Source: Mobula hypostoma (taxonomy: Eukaryota). From it: 64,000 nucleotides of DNA. The notes under the pieces were generated by a model that ran no database searches, had not been told where the DNA came from, and was given only the letters and a program-made list of their open reading frames with translations. Position numbers and translations under genes: made by a program. The DNA lies in NCBI RefSeq assembly GCF_963921235.1, contig NC_086097.1, positions 200,696,001 to 200,760,000 on the forward strand, read 5' to 3'. Positions 13,597 to 25,939 of this stretch are shown in pieces; the first letter of the stretch is position 1, and every line of letters starts with the position of its first letter.

Positions 13597-14935
13597 ATAA
13601 GACCATATGACATAGGAGCAAAATTAGGTCATTCAGCCCATTGAGTGTGCTCCACCATTTGATTGTGGCTATTTATTTTCCCTTTCAACCTCATTCTCCT
13701 GCCTTTCCCCATAACCTTTGACACCCTTATTAATTAGATTAGATTGGATTCAACTTTATTGTCATTGTGCTGAGTACAGATACAAAGCCAATGAAATGCA
13801 GTTAGCGTCTGACCAGAAATGCAAAGAATAATGTTATTTACAAAATAGCTGTGAATAAAAAGTAAGTGCTACAGCACACAAATAGAAAAGTACTGAAACT
13901 GTACAATATGGGTGCAATACTGCTTAGTGCTGTGATGTCAGGAACCTATTAACCTTTGCTTTAAGTATACACAATGACAGCCACCACAGCCATGTATGGC
14001 AATGAATTTCACAGATTCACCACGCACTGGCTAAAGAAATTCCTCCTCATCTCTATTCCAAAGGGATGTCCTTCTATTCTGAGGCTGTGCCTTCTGGCTC
14101 TGGACTTTCCCACTATTGGAAGCGTTCTATTCATGTTTACTCTATCTAGACTTTTTAATATTCAATAGGTTTCATCGAGGTTCCCTCATTCCTCTGAAGT
14201 CCAATACAAACAGGCCCAAAGCCATCAAGTGCCTCACACACATTAACCCTTCCATTCCCAGAATAATTCTCTTAAACTGCCTCTGAATTCTCTCCAACAC
14301 CAGCACATCATTGCTTAAACTTTGGGACAAAATTGCTCACAATATTCCAAATGCAGTCTGAACAATGCCTTATAAAGCGGCATCATTATATCCTTGCCTT
14401 TATAGTCTAGTATTCCAGAAATGAATGCTAACACTGCATTTGCCTTCCCTCCTACCAACTCAACCTGCAAGTTAACTTTTAGGGAATCCTACACTAGAAC
14501 TCCCAAGTCTCGTTGCACCTGTGATTTCAGAATTCGCTTCCCATTTAGAAAATAGTCTATGCCTTTATTCCTTCTGTCTAAGTGCATAATCATACACTTC
14601 CCTAAACAATATTTCATCTGCTACTTCTTTGTCCATTCTGCAGATTCCCTATGTCCTCAACACTATTGTCCCTCCACCTATCTTTGCATTATCCACAAAC
14701 TTGAGTCGCAAAAGTTATCAATTCCTTTGTCCAGATCATTAACATGCAACGTGAAAAATAGTGGTTCCAAAACTGACACCTGCAAAACTTCACTAGTCAC
14801 TGGCAGCCAATCAGGAAAGGCCTTCTTTATTCCTACTGTACTTTCTGCCAGTCTTCTCTCCATGCTAGTATCTTTCCTGTCAAACCATTGGTTCTTGTCT
14901 TGTTTAGCAGCCTCATGTGTAGTACCTCATCACCT
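13597..14935 (-). mobile_element. Decayed CR1 3' fragment, interrupted at about 13735-13938
   Basis: cataagaccatatgacatagg tail; WLPVTSEVLQVSVLEP; homologous to 735-2047. Confidence 0.85.
13735..13938 (-). mobile_element. Rex1/Babar-type 3' UTR fragment with (AATCT)n tail
   Basis: Minus strand ends ATGACAATAAAGTTGAATCCAATCTAATCTA and splits the CR1 3' UTR. Confidence 0.65.
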
Positions 14936-15375
14936 TGTATAGCACCCAAGAGAAAGGTTGTTCACCAGATTATCAGGAAGGAAACCTGTGTCTTGAATTG
15001 ATCCTGCATCTTTGACAATGAATATCACTGATATTTCTTAACAATTCTGTTCTGAAGTGATTTTTTTACCACTGAATTATTGCTAGGATCAGACACATTT
15101 TACAGAACAGCAGTTTTATATAAACTGGATAGATTAGGGATGTTAGATTCTCTTCCCTGAAGGTAGTAATGAACTAGCAATATTTTAATTACAGTTTGGT
15201 AGCTTTAATGATTAATTTATCAGACATATTGAATTTGAATTCAGAGCCTGACATGAAGAAATTTAGAGCCAAGTTTTCTGTTTCTGCATAATCATTATAC
15301 TATGACACCCAAATTGTTGCAGGCATAGGAGATCAAAACAATATGATAACTGAAAGCAAAACTGTATTGCCACTG

Positions 15376-15545
15376 TTGGCGCGTGGCCAAGTGGTTAAGG
15401 CGTTGGACTAGTGATCTGAAGGTCATGAGTTTGAGCCTCAGCTGAGACAGCGTGTTGTGTCCTTGAGCAAGACACTTAACCACACATTGCTCCTGCACGT
15501 TTATAGCCCGGTGGCGGCGGTTTGTCCAGTATGGACAAGACAAGA
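15376..15545 (+). mobile_element. tRNA-derived SINE with CORE-like segment
   Basis: A box TGGCCAAGTGG, degenerate B box GAGTTTGAGCC, then TGTGTCCTTGAGCAAGACACTTAACC and a GACAA repeat tail. Same head as 34597-34807. Confidence 0.8.
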
Positions 15546-15665
15546 GTGTCTTGTGCCTTCACTCTCTCTGATTTCAGCTGTCTGGTGATTTATTCATGGT
15601 CCACATCATTGTGAATAGTTCCTTTTTTTATTTACTTTTTTTCTTCTATTAAGAAGTGATCACTG

Positions 15666-16112
15666 CTTCAAATTTCAAAGTAAGTTTATTATCAAAGTAC
15701 AGATATGTCACCATATACAACTTTGAGATTCGTTTTCTTGCAGGCATATTCAATAACTCCAATGATAGGACAATAACCATACTAGAATCAATGAAATACC
15801 ACACCAACTGGGCATTCAACCAGTGTGCAAAAGGTAACAAACTGTGCAAATACAAAAAGAAAGAAGTAATAATAAATAAATGAGCAATAAATATTGAGAA
15901 CATGAGGTGAAGAGTCCTTGAAAGTGTGTCTATAGTTGTGGGAACATTTCAGTGATGTGTCAAGGGAAGTTGAGTGAAGTTACCCCTTTAGTTCAAGAGC
16001 CTGATGGTTGAGGGGTAATAACTGTTCTTGAACCTATTAGTGTGAGTCATGAGGCTCCTATACCTTCTTCCTGAGGACAGCAGTGAGAAAAGACCATTAT
16101 CTTATCCAGGTG
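15666..16112 (-). mobile_element. Rex1/Babar LINE 3' end
   Basis: Minus strand encodes SGRRYRSLMTHTNRFKNSYYPSTIRLLN, followed by a UTR with AATAAA and a TTTGAA repeat tail. Confidence 0.8.
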
Positions 16113-17639
16113 ATATCATATTCACTACTATTTATTTCAAATAGTAAGCTTTCATACTGTTCCTCTCCACATAAACTTACCATACTAAGTTTACATTCAA
16201 AGAGCGATATTATACAAAATCCATCATATAGTCTATTGTATGTATTGTTAGAAGGCAGAATAACCTTGAGAACAACTTAAAGCAACATAAAAACATATAA
16301 AAATAGGAAAGATTGTGAGTGTAGTTTATGTATAAAAAAGTATGATAATTGATGACTTAAAGTAAAATTCTAAGTACTAGTGACATCCAAATTCTTTGTA
16401 ATAGAACACTAAATAAGAACTCAGATGCAAATTATGTAATAACACACAAGGCAACTCTAATTTTTTCCAGAATAAATATTCTTTAATCCATCTGGATTCC
16501 CTCTTCTTACAAAGTGACCTATTGGTTCAGGTCCATGTTTTTCCTGCAATGCATTCAGAATGATTAAAAGAAAATGTGCATTCCATAGTTAAGAAAAGCT
16601 TGACGTCAATTCAGATATGTGATGTGAATTTCTGCTTTTGAACAATCATCATGCAAGTCCTTGGCTTTAACTGCCTTTCATGTGAGACTCAAGGACACTA
16701 AGCAGCCAGTCAGGCCACCAATACTGAAGTGATCAAGTTACAAATCATGGACTGCAGCGCATCATGCTGACCTCAGGATTTTAAATAGCATTATGTTCAT
16801 TTCAGCTGAATGTTGATAACCACATTAACTTACAAAGGCATTTATAGGTTGGGATTTGTAAAAACTGGTCCACAACCATATATTGGAATAAAAAAAATTC
16901 TATTTAATTTATTTCTTTTGAATGGATACAACAAATTGCAACTTGTAAACAAAGGTTGGTATAATTAATGGAAATAAATATAGTAAAATAAAATGTGAAC
17001 TGGAACTATTATGAAATATTGAAAAAAGCAGAATTCATTAAAGTGATCAGATAGAAGTTTTGCCTCACTTACAGTCCTATTTCCAAATGTATTGAGGAGA
17101 AAGCATGCTAGTAAAAAAAATGGAGGAAAGGAAAACAGAAAGGCCAGCTTATCCTTGGCTGCAATTCTTGGACATACCTTGATTTAGATAGCTGTTACTC
17201 CTACCTAATATATACATCTCAATATGAGTCAAGCAACTTTTTAGTAATGCCTAACACTCTTTTCATTTCTGATTATGTTGTTATTACCTGATCCTTATCC
17301 CACAGAAAAATCATGTAGGAAGCAGCTGTAACCTTGGCTTTTCAAAACACTTGCCTGATAGAATTTGAAAGTAGGCAGCCAAGAAACTGTAGTTTCACAT
17401 AGAGACATTGAAAAGTAATGACTAGTAAGATCAAATATAAGTACCTTGCAGACAGAGGAGGGATAATTTATAACGGGTAATAATAGAACGGTAGAGGAAT
17501 TAAACAATTACGCCATATTATGAAAGAAAACATACAAAACCTGCTAGGGAACTGAGTGAAAGTGAGGAACTGAGGAGCTAAGCACTGGACAAAAAATACT
17601 ACGTGAGAAAAGTGAGCCTGAAAGCTAATCACTGCCAAA

Positions 17640-19030
17640 GACGTAATGATCTTGCACTCCAGAGTTTTGAAAGAAGTGGCTTTACAGACCGTGGATTCCA
17701 TGGAATCGGCATTTGTTCCTGATGATCGCAAATGTGATCCGCTACATATGAATGAGAATAGGGTAATGACATGTTCTCATGCTGATAGTAGGGAAAGTGC
17801 AAGAAGCTAAAATGAAAAATATACTTAAACAACAACTTGAAAATAATAAGATTCAGCAGAATCAATATGTCCTCATGGGGGGTAAATTATGTTTAAATTA
17901 TCTAGTTTTAGAGCACAAAAAAGTGGCATGGAATGGGAACTGGTCAGTGGACATAAAGGAAAGATGAGGAATAACTGAATCCTTGTCAAGTTGGCTGACT
18001 GTGATAAATGGTTGCCAAAAGGATTGATGCTTGTTCACTCCCACTTCATCTCACAAAAAACTAACTGTTACATTTCTGAGTTTGCTGACAATACTTAACT
18101 GGCTGGGGTTGTGAACTTGGAAAGGGATATAGAGAATTTTCAAGTGGCTATGGGCAATCTGCGTAAATGGGCAATAACAGGACAGGCCGGAAATAGGTGA
18201 AAACAACAGGAAATTGTGAAAGGGTGGATAGACTAAGACTGTCAATAGCATTCCACATAATGTTATCTTCAAAGGGACTTTGGTGTTCTACTGTATAAGT
18301 CATTGAGGGCCGGCATATAACTGCAACTAGAGATTAGCAGGGCAAATAATATGTTAGCCTTTATTATGAAAGGATTTGAATACAATCTCCCTCCTGGCAC
18401 TTAACCCTGCAAGTGGCTTAAGTGCTACATTTGCCCATACACCTCCTCCCTCACCTCCATTCAGGGTCACAAACAGTGTTTCCAGGTGAGGCAACACTTC
18501 GCCTGCAAATCTGCTGGGGTTGTCTATTGTGTCCAGTGTTCTCTAATGCGACCTTGTCTATATTGGTGAGATCTGTTGTAAATTGGTGGACCACTTCATC
18601 AAGCACCTGCACACCATCTGCCACATGCGGGACTTCCCAGCGGCCAAACATTTGAATTCCCATTCTTACTCCTGTTCTGACATGTCAGGCCACGGCCTCC
18701 TCTTGTGTCACGATGAGACCTCCCTGAGGGAGGAGGAGCAGCATTTTATATCCTGTCTGGGTACCCTCAAACCTGATGCCTGACCTGAGTTCCTCCAGCA
18801 TTTTGTGTGTGTTGCTCTGGATTTCCAGCATCTGCAGACTTTCTCATGTTTCTGACTACAAGAGGAAGGAAGTTTTATTGTAATTGTATAGAGCTTTGTT
18901 GAGACCATTTTTAAATGAGTTTTGGTCTCCTTAGTTAAGAAATAGTATATTTGCCTTGAAGGAGTGCAACAAATGATTCCAGAGATGGTGGCTTTGCTAT
19001 GGAACAAGAGATTGAGTAGACTGGGATTAT
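17640..19030 (+). mobile_element. Old, fragmented CR1 RT remnant interrupted by a PLE
   Basis: LHSRVLKEVA at about 17651 and FADNT near 18080. YRALLRP resumes after 18860. Confidence 0.6.
18385..18856 (+). mobile_element. Penelope-like element 3' fragment (GIY-YIG endonuclease and terminus)
   Basis: GVVYCVQCS...LVYIGE motif, HFIKHL, and the terminal GAGTTCCTCCAGCATTTTGTGTGTGTTGCT shared with other PLE ends. Confidence 0.8.
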
Positions 19031-20767
19031 TATACCATAATTAGGAATGCCTACTGTTCTATCCCTAGATCGTATTTTGGGAAATCTGATCATCTGACTC
19101 CTCCTTTCTGCATGCAGGCAGAGGCTAAAGAATAAGGCTCCAGAGGCAGGGACAACATAGAGGTGGTCATAGGAGGCAGAACAGTGACTACAGGGTTGCT
19201 TCAAGTCTGTGGACTGGGCCATGTTCAAGGACTCATCAGAGGATTTGAATGAATATGCCACGGCTATCATAAACTTTATAAAGATATTTGTGGATGAGTG
19301 TGTCTCCTAGAATTTATTCAGAGGCTATCCCAACCAAAGGCCCTGGATAAAACAAGAGATTCCTAATCTGCTGAGGGCCAGATCGGTGATGTTTAGGTTT
19401 GGCAATCAAATAAAATACAAGAGGTCTAGAAGCAACTTCTGGAAAGCCATCTTACATGCGAAGAGGCAATTGTGGACCCAACTGGAATCACAGAAAGATG
19501 CTCAACAGCTGTGGCAACTATCACCTCCTACACAATAAAACAAACGACATATGTGACAAGAAAGTTTCGCTTCCAAATGAGTCTTTTATGTTTACTTCAG
19601 CCGCCAAAACATGGAGACACCTTCACAAATTCCCACAGCCCCTGATGACCCTGTGATTTCAGTCTCTGAGGTCGACAGGAGAGCATTCTGCATGAGGGTG
19701 AATCTACAGAAAGCATCCAGCCAAGATGGAGTACCTGGATGAATACTGAAGGCCTGTGCTATTCAATTAGTGGGAATGTTCACTGATATCTTTAACATCT
19801 TTCTCTGGTAGATTTCAAGCAGGCTTCAATTATACTGGTGCCCACGAAGAATATGGTAACCTGCCACAATGACTATCATCCAGTAGTACTTATATCCACT
19901 GTGATAAGTGCTTTGAGAGGTTGGGTGATGAAGCATTTCAACTCCTGCCTGAGGAGCGACTTGGATTGGCTCCAATTTACCTACCATCACAACAGGTCGA
20001 TGGGAGATGCAGTTAATTCATCCCTGGAACATCTGGACAGTGAAGATGCATACATCAGGATGGCCGTCATTGACTACAGCTCTGCATTCAATACTACCAT
20101 CCCCTCAAAACAAATCAATAAGCTCCAAGACCTAGCCCTCAATACCTCCTTTTGCAACTGGACTGTCAATTTACTCACTTGCAGACCCAGGCATTTCAGA
20201 TTGGCAACAACATCTCCTCCACAATCTCCATCAGCACAGGTGGACTAAAAGGCTGTGTGCTTAGCTCCCTACTCTGCTCACTTTATACTTATGAAAGTGA
20301 GGCTAGGCTCAGTTCAAATGTCAGATTTAAGTTTGCTGATGACACCACTTTTGTTGCCCGAATCAAAGATGGTGACGAATCAGCATATAGGAGGGAGACC
20401 GAAAGTCTAGCTATGTGGTGCCACAGCAACAACCTCTCATTCCATGTCAGAAAGACCAAGGAGCTGTTTGTTGACTACAGGAAGGGGAGACCAGAAGTCC
20501 ATCAGCCAGTTCTCATCAGGGGATGAGGTGAAGATGGTCAGCAACTTTAAATTTCTCAGCATTATCATTTCTGAGGATCTGTCTGAGTCCAGCACGTACT
20601 GTAAGTGCCATTACAAAAAAGGCACAGCACAATCTCTACTTTCTTATAAACTTGTGCAGATTCAGCATGTCATCTAAAATTTGTATAGACGTGTGGTGGA
20701 AAGCGCACTGACTGGTTGCATCAAGATGTGGTATTCCCCTTGAATGGAAAAGTCTACAAAAAGTAGT

Positions 20768-22551
20768 CACAAACAAGAGAAAATCTGCGAATGCTGTAAA
20801 TACAAGCAATACTCACAAAATGCTGGAGGAACTCAGCAAGCCTGGTAGCATCTATGGAAAAGAGTACAGTCGACGTTTTGGGCCAAGACCTTCATCAGGA
20901 CCAGGAAAAAAAAAGATGAGGATTCAGATTAAGAAAGAGGAGGGAGGAGAGGAAGAACCACAAGGTGATAGGTAAAACAGGGAGGGGAGATTGATGAAGT
21001 ACAGAGCTGGGAAGTTGATTGGTGAAAGAGATACAGGGCTGAAGAAGGGGGAATCAAATAGAAGAGGACAGAAACCCACGGAAGAAAGAAAAGGGGAAGG
21101 ACCACCAGAGGAAGGTAATAAGCAGGTAAGGAGATGAGAGAAGGAAAAGGGGTTTGGGAATGGTGAAGGGGAGGGGGCATTACCTTAAGTTCAAGAAATC
21201 AGCATTCATGCCATCAGGTTGGAGGCTACCCAGGTGGAATATGAGGTGTTGCTCCTCCAACATGAGTGTGGCCTCATTGCAACAGTAGAGGAGGCCATAG
21301 ACTGACGTGTTGGAATGGGAATGGAAAGTAGAATTAAAAATGGATGGCCACTGCTAGATCCCGTTTTTTTGTGGCAGATGGAGTATAGGTGCTCCACGAA
21401 ATGGTCTATGTCGAGTCTCACTGATATATAGGAGGCCACACCGGGAGCACTGGACATAGTATTTGACCCCAACAGACTCACAGATGAAGTATCACCTCAC
21501 CCGGAAAGACTGGGGCCCTGTATGGTAGTGAGGGAGAAGGTGTAGGGGCAGGTGTGGCACTTTTTCCACTTACAAGGATAAATGCCAGGAGAGAGATCAG
21601 TGGGGAAGGATGAATGGACAAGAGAGTCACTTAGGGAGCAATCCCTGTGGTAAACAGAAAGTGGGGGTGGAGGGAAAGGTGTGTTTGGTGTTGGGATCCT
21701 GCTGGCGATGGTGGAAGTTGTGGGGAATTATGTGCTGGTGCAGAGGCTGGTGAGGTGGTAGGTGAAAGCAAGAGGTGTCCTCATCCCTATCGCCGGTGAG
21801 GTGGCAGGAGGATGGGGTGAGGGCAGATGTGCGCAGAATAGAAGAGATGCGGTTGAGGGCAGCATTGATAGTGGAGGTAGGGAAGCCCCTTTCTTTGAAG
21901 AAGGAGGACATCTGCTTAGTTCTGGAATGAAAAGCCTTGTCCTGAGAGCAGATGCGGCAGAGATGGAGGAATTGGGAGAAGGTGATGGCAGTTTTACAAG
22001 TAACAAGGAAGGAAGAGGTGTAGTCCAGGTAGCTGTGAGAGTTTGTGGATTTATAATACACATCAGTAGATAAGTTGTCTCCAGAGGTAGAGACAGGGAG
22101 ATCGAGAAAGGGAAGGGAGGTGTTGGAAATGGACCAGGTAAATTTGAGGGCAGGGTAGAAGTTGGAGGTAAAGTTAAAGAAGATGACAAGCTCTGCGTGG
22201 GTGCAGGAAGCAGCACCAATGCAGTTGTCGATGTAGCATAGGAAAAATTGGGGAATGATACCAGTGTAAGCTTGGAACATAGATTGCTCCATGTAGGTGA
22301 CAAACAGGTAGGCATGGCTGGGACCCATGCGTGTCCATGGCTACACTTTTTGTTTGAAGGAAGTGGGAGGAGCCAAAGTAGAAATTATTAAGAGTGAGGG
22401 CAAGTTCCACCAAACAAAGGAGAGTGGTGGTGTAGGGAAACTGGTTGAGTCTGGTGTCCAGAAAGAAACAGAGAGCTTTGTGGCCTTCTTGGTGGGGATG
22501 GAGGAGCAGAGGGATGGGACATCCATAGTGAGAATAAGAAGATCGGGAAGT
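20768..22551 (-). mobile_element. Penelope-like element (RT + GIY-YIG + 3' terminus), 5' truncated
   Basis: MDVPSLCSSIP, FLQTKSVAMDT, MGPSHAYLFV, YIDN (decayed YIDD), LPFLD and VYYKSTNSHSYL. GIY-YIG remnant at 21206-21560. Hammerhead-like core at about 20867-20900. Confidence 0.9.
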
Positions 22552-22879
22552 TGATACAACCCAATCCATCACAGGAAAAGCCCTCCCTACCATTGAGCAC
22601 ATTTACAAGGAGTGTTGTCACAGGAAAACAGCATCCATCATCAAGAACATCCAGGCTATGCTCTCCTCTCACTGCTGCCCTCAAGAAGGAGACACAGGAA
22701 CCTTATCCCACACCACCAGGTTCAGGAACAATTATTAGTCTTCAACCAACAGGCTATTGAACTAGAGGGGATAACATCACTCACCCCTAAAATGAACAGG
22801 TCCCACAACTTATGGATTCACTTTGGACTTGTAGGGCTCCACAACTCATGTTCACAATTTTTATTGCTTATTATTTTTA

Positions 22880-23292
22880 TTTATTTTTTCTCAGCTCAAG
22901 CTGGTAAAACCTGAGCTGTGGGCATAGTCAAGCACACTCATGTCTTAATTGCTAGGCAACTTCGGACTATTCTAGTGGTGTTTCGTGTTATGGCTTTCTG
23001 AAGATTTACTGGGACGTTACTGTGTAGCCCAAATTATTTAATGCTACTGTGTAGTGCCTTTGGGACGACACCGGTTGTGGATGTTACTGTCAGAACAATG
23101 TACACCCTGTTCATGTTACAAAGTCTTTCAATTTCCTATTTTAATTCAGCATATTTCAGGTGTTTTTCACTTACTGATTTCTGTAAGTTATATGTATTTG
23201 GAATGGCTATATCTATTAAATAAGTTGTTCTTGCTTGTTTATCCTGTATTATTATGGTTATTATGGATTGTCCTATCTGTAGTAACAGATTA
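22880..23292 (-). mobile_element. R4-clade (Dong/Rex6-like) non-LTR element 3' fragment with restriction-like endonuclease
   Basis: TDRTIHNN..IIIQDKQARTTYLIDIAIPNTYNLQKSVSEKHLKYAELK...TGVVPK...QKAITRNTTRIVR resembles the RLE PD..D-x-K..KY C-terminus. AT-rich tail. Confidence 0.75.
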
Positions 23293-23569
23293 TTATTATT
23301 ATTGCTCTTTTCTCTTTTTTTGTATTTGCACACTGTTGGCTTTTGCACACTGGTTAGTTGTCTGTACATGTTTACTGAACCTATAGTTTTTTTTTGTATT
23401 TACTGTGAATGCTTGCAACAAAATGAATCTCAGGAAACATATAACTTTTAAAGGGCTTTATTGGAGGATGCAAAGAGAATGTTTCCTCCAGCTGAGAATT
23501 CCTGAACACCTGGACAAATGTCAGAACAAGGTGTACACTATTTAGTGCTGAGACGAGGAGAAATGACTG

Positions 23570-25930
23570 AGTCATAGAATCGTAGAAAAGCACAGCACAG
23601 CACAGAAACAAGCCCTTCGGTCTATCTAGTCTGCGCCGAACCAATTAAACTGCCTACTCCCATCGAACTGCACTGGGACTGTAGTTTAATATAATTGGGA
23701 GAAATGTGCATAATTCACAACCACCAACATTGAGTGGGGTTTCAGTTTAGAGGCTGGTCCAACATGATGACGTTATTGCAAAGTCTTTTAGCATGTATTT
23801 GTGCATATGTTGTGCCAGGGTCATCTACTGTTCATTATAGACACTCTTCCAAGGCGACACTTCTTCTGTGACACAGGTGCTCAAATAAGTGTGCTGCCAG
23901 CATCACCTCTATTGAGCCTTCTTTACGAGCCCCCACCCCCCCAACCGCCATTCATTACCTAATTCCACACATCCAAGAAATTTCGGTACATTTAGCCAAA
24001 AAGTGAATTTTTTCCAAAGTCGATTAAGTTAAGGACTACATTCAGGTGCCTGTGTGCTCAGTGGACATTTCCAAACAGCTGTAATAACCTTATTTGGTCT
24101 TTTTGAGTTTCTGTGCATACCGTTTGGACTAAAAGTTGCAGCACAGACTTTCAAACAGCCAAAGGACTCTGTATTAAAAGACTTAGATTTTCATTTTGTT
24201 TACTTGGATGACATACTTGTTGCCAGTGCATCCGAATCCAAACAAATTTCTCATCTCCGCACACTTATTGAGTGCTTAAACTGATACGGGTTCATTATAA
24301 ATGCCAGTTTGGGTTGTCAGCCATTGACTTTCTCAGCCATTGCATCTCCACAGAAGGTGCAGAGCCCCTCCCATTAAAAGTAGCCACCATTATGAATTTT
24401 CCACTGCCCGGCACTACAGAAAAGCTGCAGGAGCTTTTAGGCATAGTGAAATACTGTGAGCTGCTGAATTTATGCTCTCCCTGTATGGTGCACTTAAAGC
24501 CAATGCCCCTAATCAAGTGCTTGACTGGTCAGTGGACATAACCAGGGCATTTGATGATACTAAACAAGCTCTTTCTAATGTGACCCTACTGGCACACCTA
24601 CTCCCCAGTCTGACTATGCTGTGGGTGCTGTGCATGAACAGTTGGTCAGAGGTGTGTGGCAGCCACTCGCCTTTCTCAGCTGGCAGCTCTGTCCCCTTGA
24701 AAGGAAATACAGCACGTTTGACGGTGAGCTTCTCAGTCTCTATCTGGCTATTGGCCATTTTCGTTTCCTCCTAGCCATTCTTCTCAGCATTTCACAGCAT
24801 TCATTCACCCCTTGTGCATGCAATGGCCAAAATATCAGACCCTTGGTCTGCATGACAGCAACACTACCTGGCCTACATATCTGAGTTCACAATGAATAGA
24901 CAACATATCAAAAGGAAAAAAATAATGCTGTGGCTGATTTCCTCTCATGGCCAGCCATTGAGGCCATACACATAGGGATTGATTTTGCCAGCATGGCAGC
25001 TGATCAAGTTACTGACCGCGAGGTCCAGGCTTACTGAAGAGCAGTCATGGGCCTGCGGTTGGCTGACATTAAGTTCAGGGAAACTGGGGTTCCTCTCCTG
25101 TGCTATATCTCAACTGGTCGCCCTTGCCCCATCGTGGCCCCCAAACTGGAGATGGACTGTTTTCGACTCCATACATGGCCTCATGAGTGACTGAACTGCA
25201 GCCTGTGTGGAGTGCCAGTGGGCAAAAGTTAATTATCATTTTCAGGGGCCATTGTCACCTTTTGATGTCCCTGAGTGACGGTTTGACCATGTCTATGTGG
25301 ATCTTGTTGGTCCCCCTCCCCCTTCCACAGTTTCAAACATCTTCTTACCATGGTGGACTGTACCACCAGGTGGCCAGAGGTTGTCCCTTTAGCATTGCTC
25401 AGTTTGTCACCCCACCTGATATTTCCCCATCTGATATTTTGTATGAGCGCAGTCCCTAATTCATTTCAGACCTCTGGGCTACGATAGCCCAGAACCTCAG
25501 TGTTAAGCTACATCACACATAAAGGTGTATCACCCGCAGTCCAATGGCCTGTATGAGCAGTTTCACTGCTCCTTAAAGGCTGCTCTGAGGGCTTCCTTGA
25601 CAAACAAATGTTGGCATGCTTGTCTCCCATGGGTCCGATGTGATGATGTTATGACGAAAAGTTTTTAGCATACTTTTGTGTGTAGGTTTTGGAGTTCAAT
25701 AAAATGTGTTGCAGGTTTCATAAAATGTCTCACTTTGTTTTATTTGTGAAAACCTACAGAACCATAGCCCTCCTTACCACTATCATCTATGTACTTAACT
25801 AAATTTCTCTTAAATGTTGAAATCAAACTTGCTTGCACCACATGTGCTGGCAGCTCATTCCACACTCTCACGACCCTCTGAGTGAAAAAGCTTCCTCTCA
25901 TGTTCCCCTTAAACTTTTTACCTTTATTCT
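23570..25930 (-). mobile_element. CR1 3' fragment split by the Gypsy at 23680-25758
   Basis: FFTQRVVRVWNELP (25740-25958). The 3' UTR and tail continue at 23570-23679. Confidence 0.7.
23680..25758 (+). mobile_element. Decayed, internally deleted Gypsy LTR retrotransposon (RT, RNase H, integrase remnants)
   Basis: PFGLKVAAQTF, VYLDDILVAS, WQPLAF...ERKYSTFDGELL and FDHVYVDLVGP. Termini TGTAG...CTACA; imperfect TSD GGAC/GAAC; partial LTR similarity between about 23764-23805 and 25641-25682. Confidence 0.85.
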
Positions 25931-25939
25931 TAACATCCA

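Larger units (their letters stand above)
19130..23440 (+). mobile_element. Decayed Rex1/Babar LINE, split by a PLE (20768-22551) and an R4-type insert (22880-23292)
   Basis: AYIRMAVIDYSSAFNT, GCVLSSLL, FKFADDTT. The reading ...CAAAAAGTAGT|TGATACAACCC... is continuous across the PLE. Confidence 0.85.

Noticed and set aside
15376..15450. tRNA gene
   Set aside because: Degenerate B box, no clear cloverleaf or terminator, and it continues into a SINE body.
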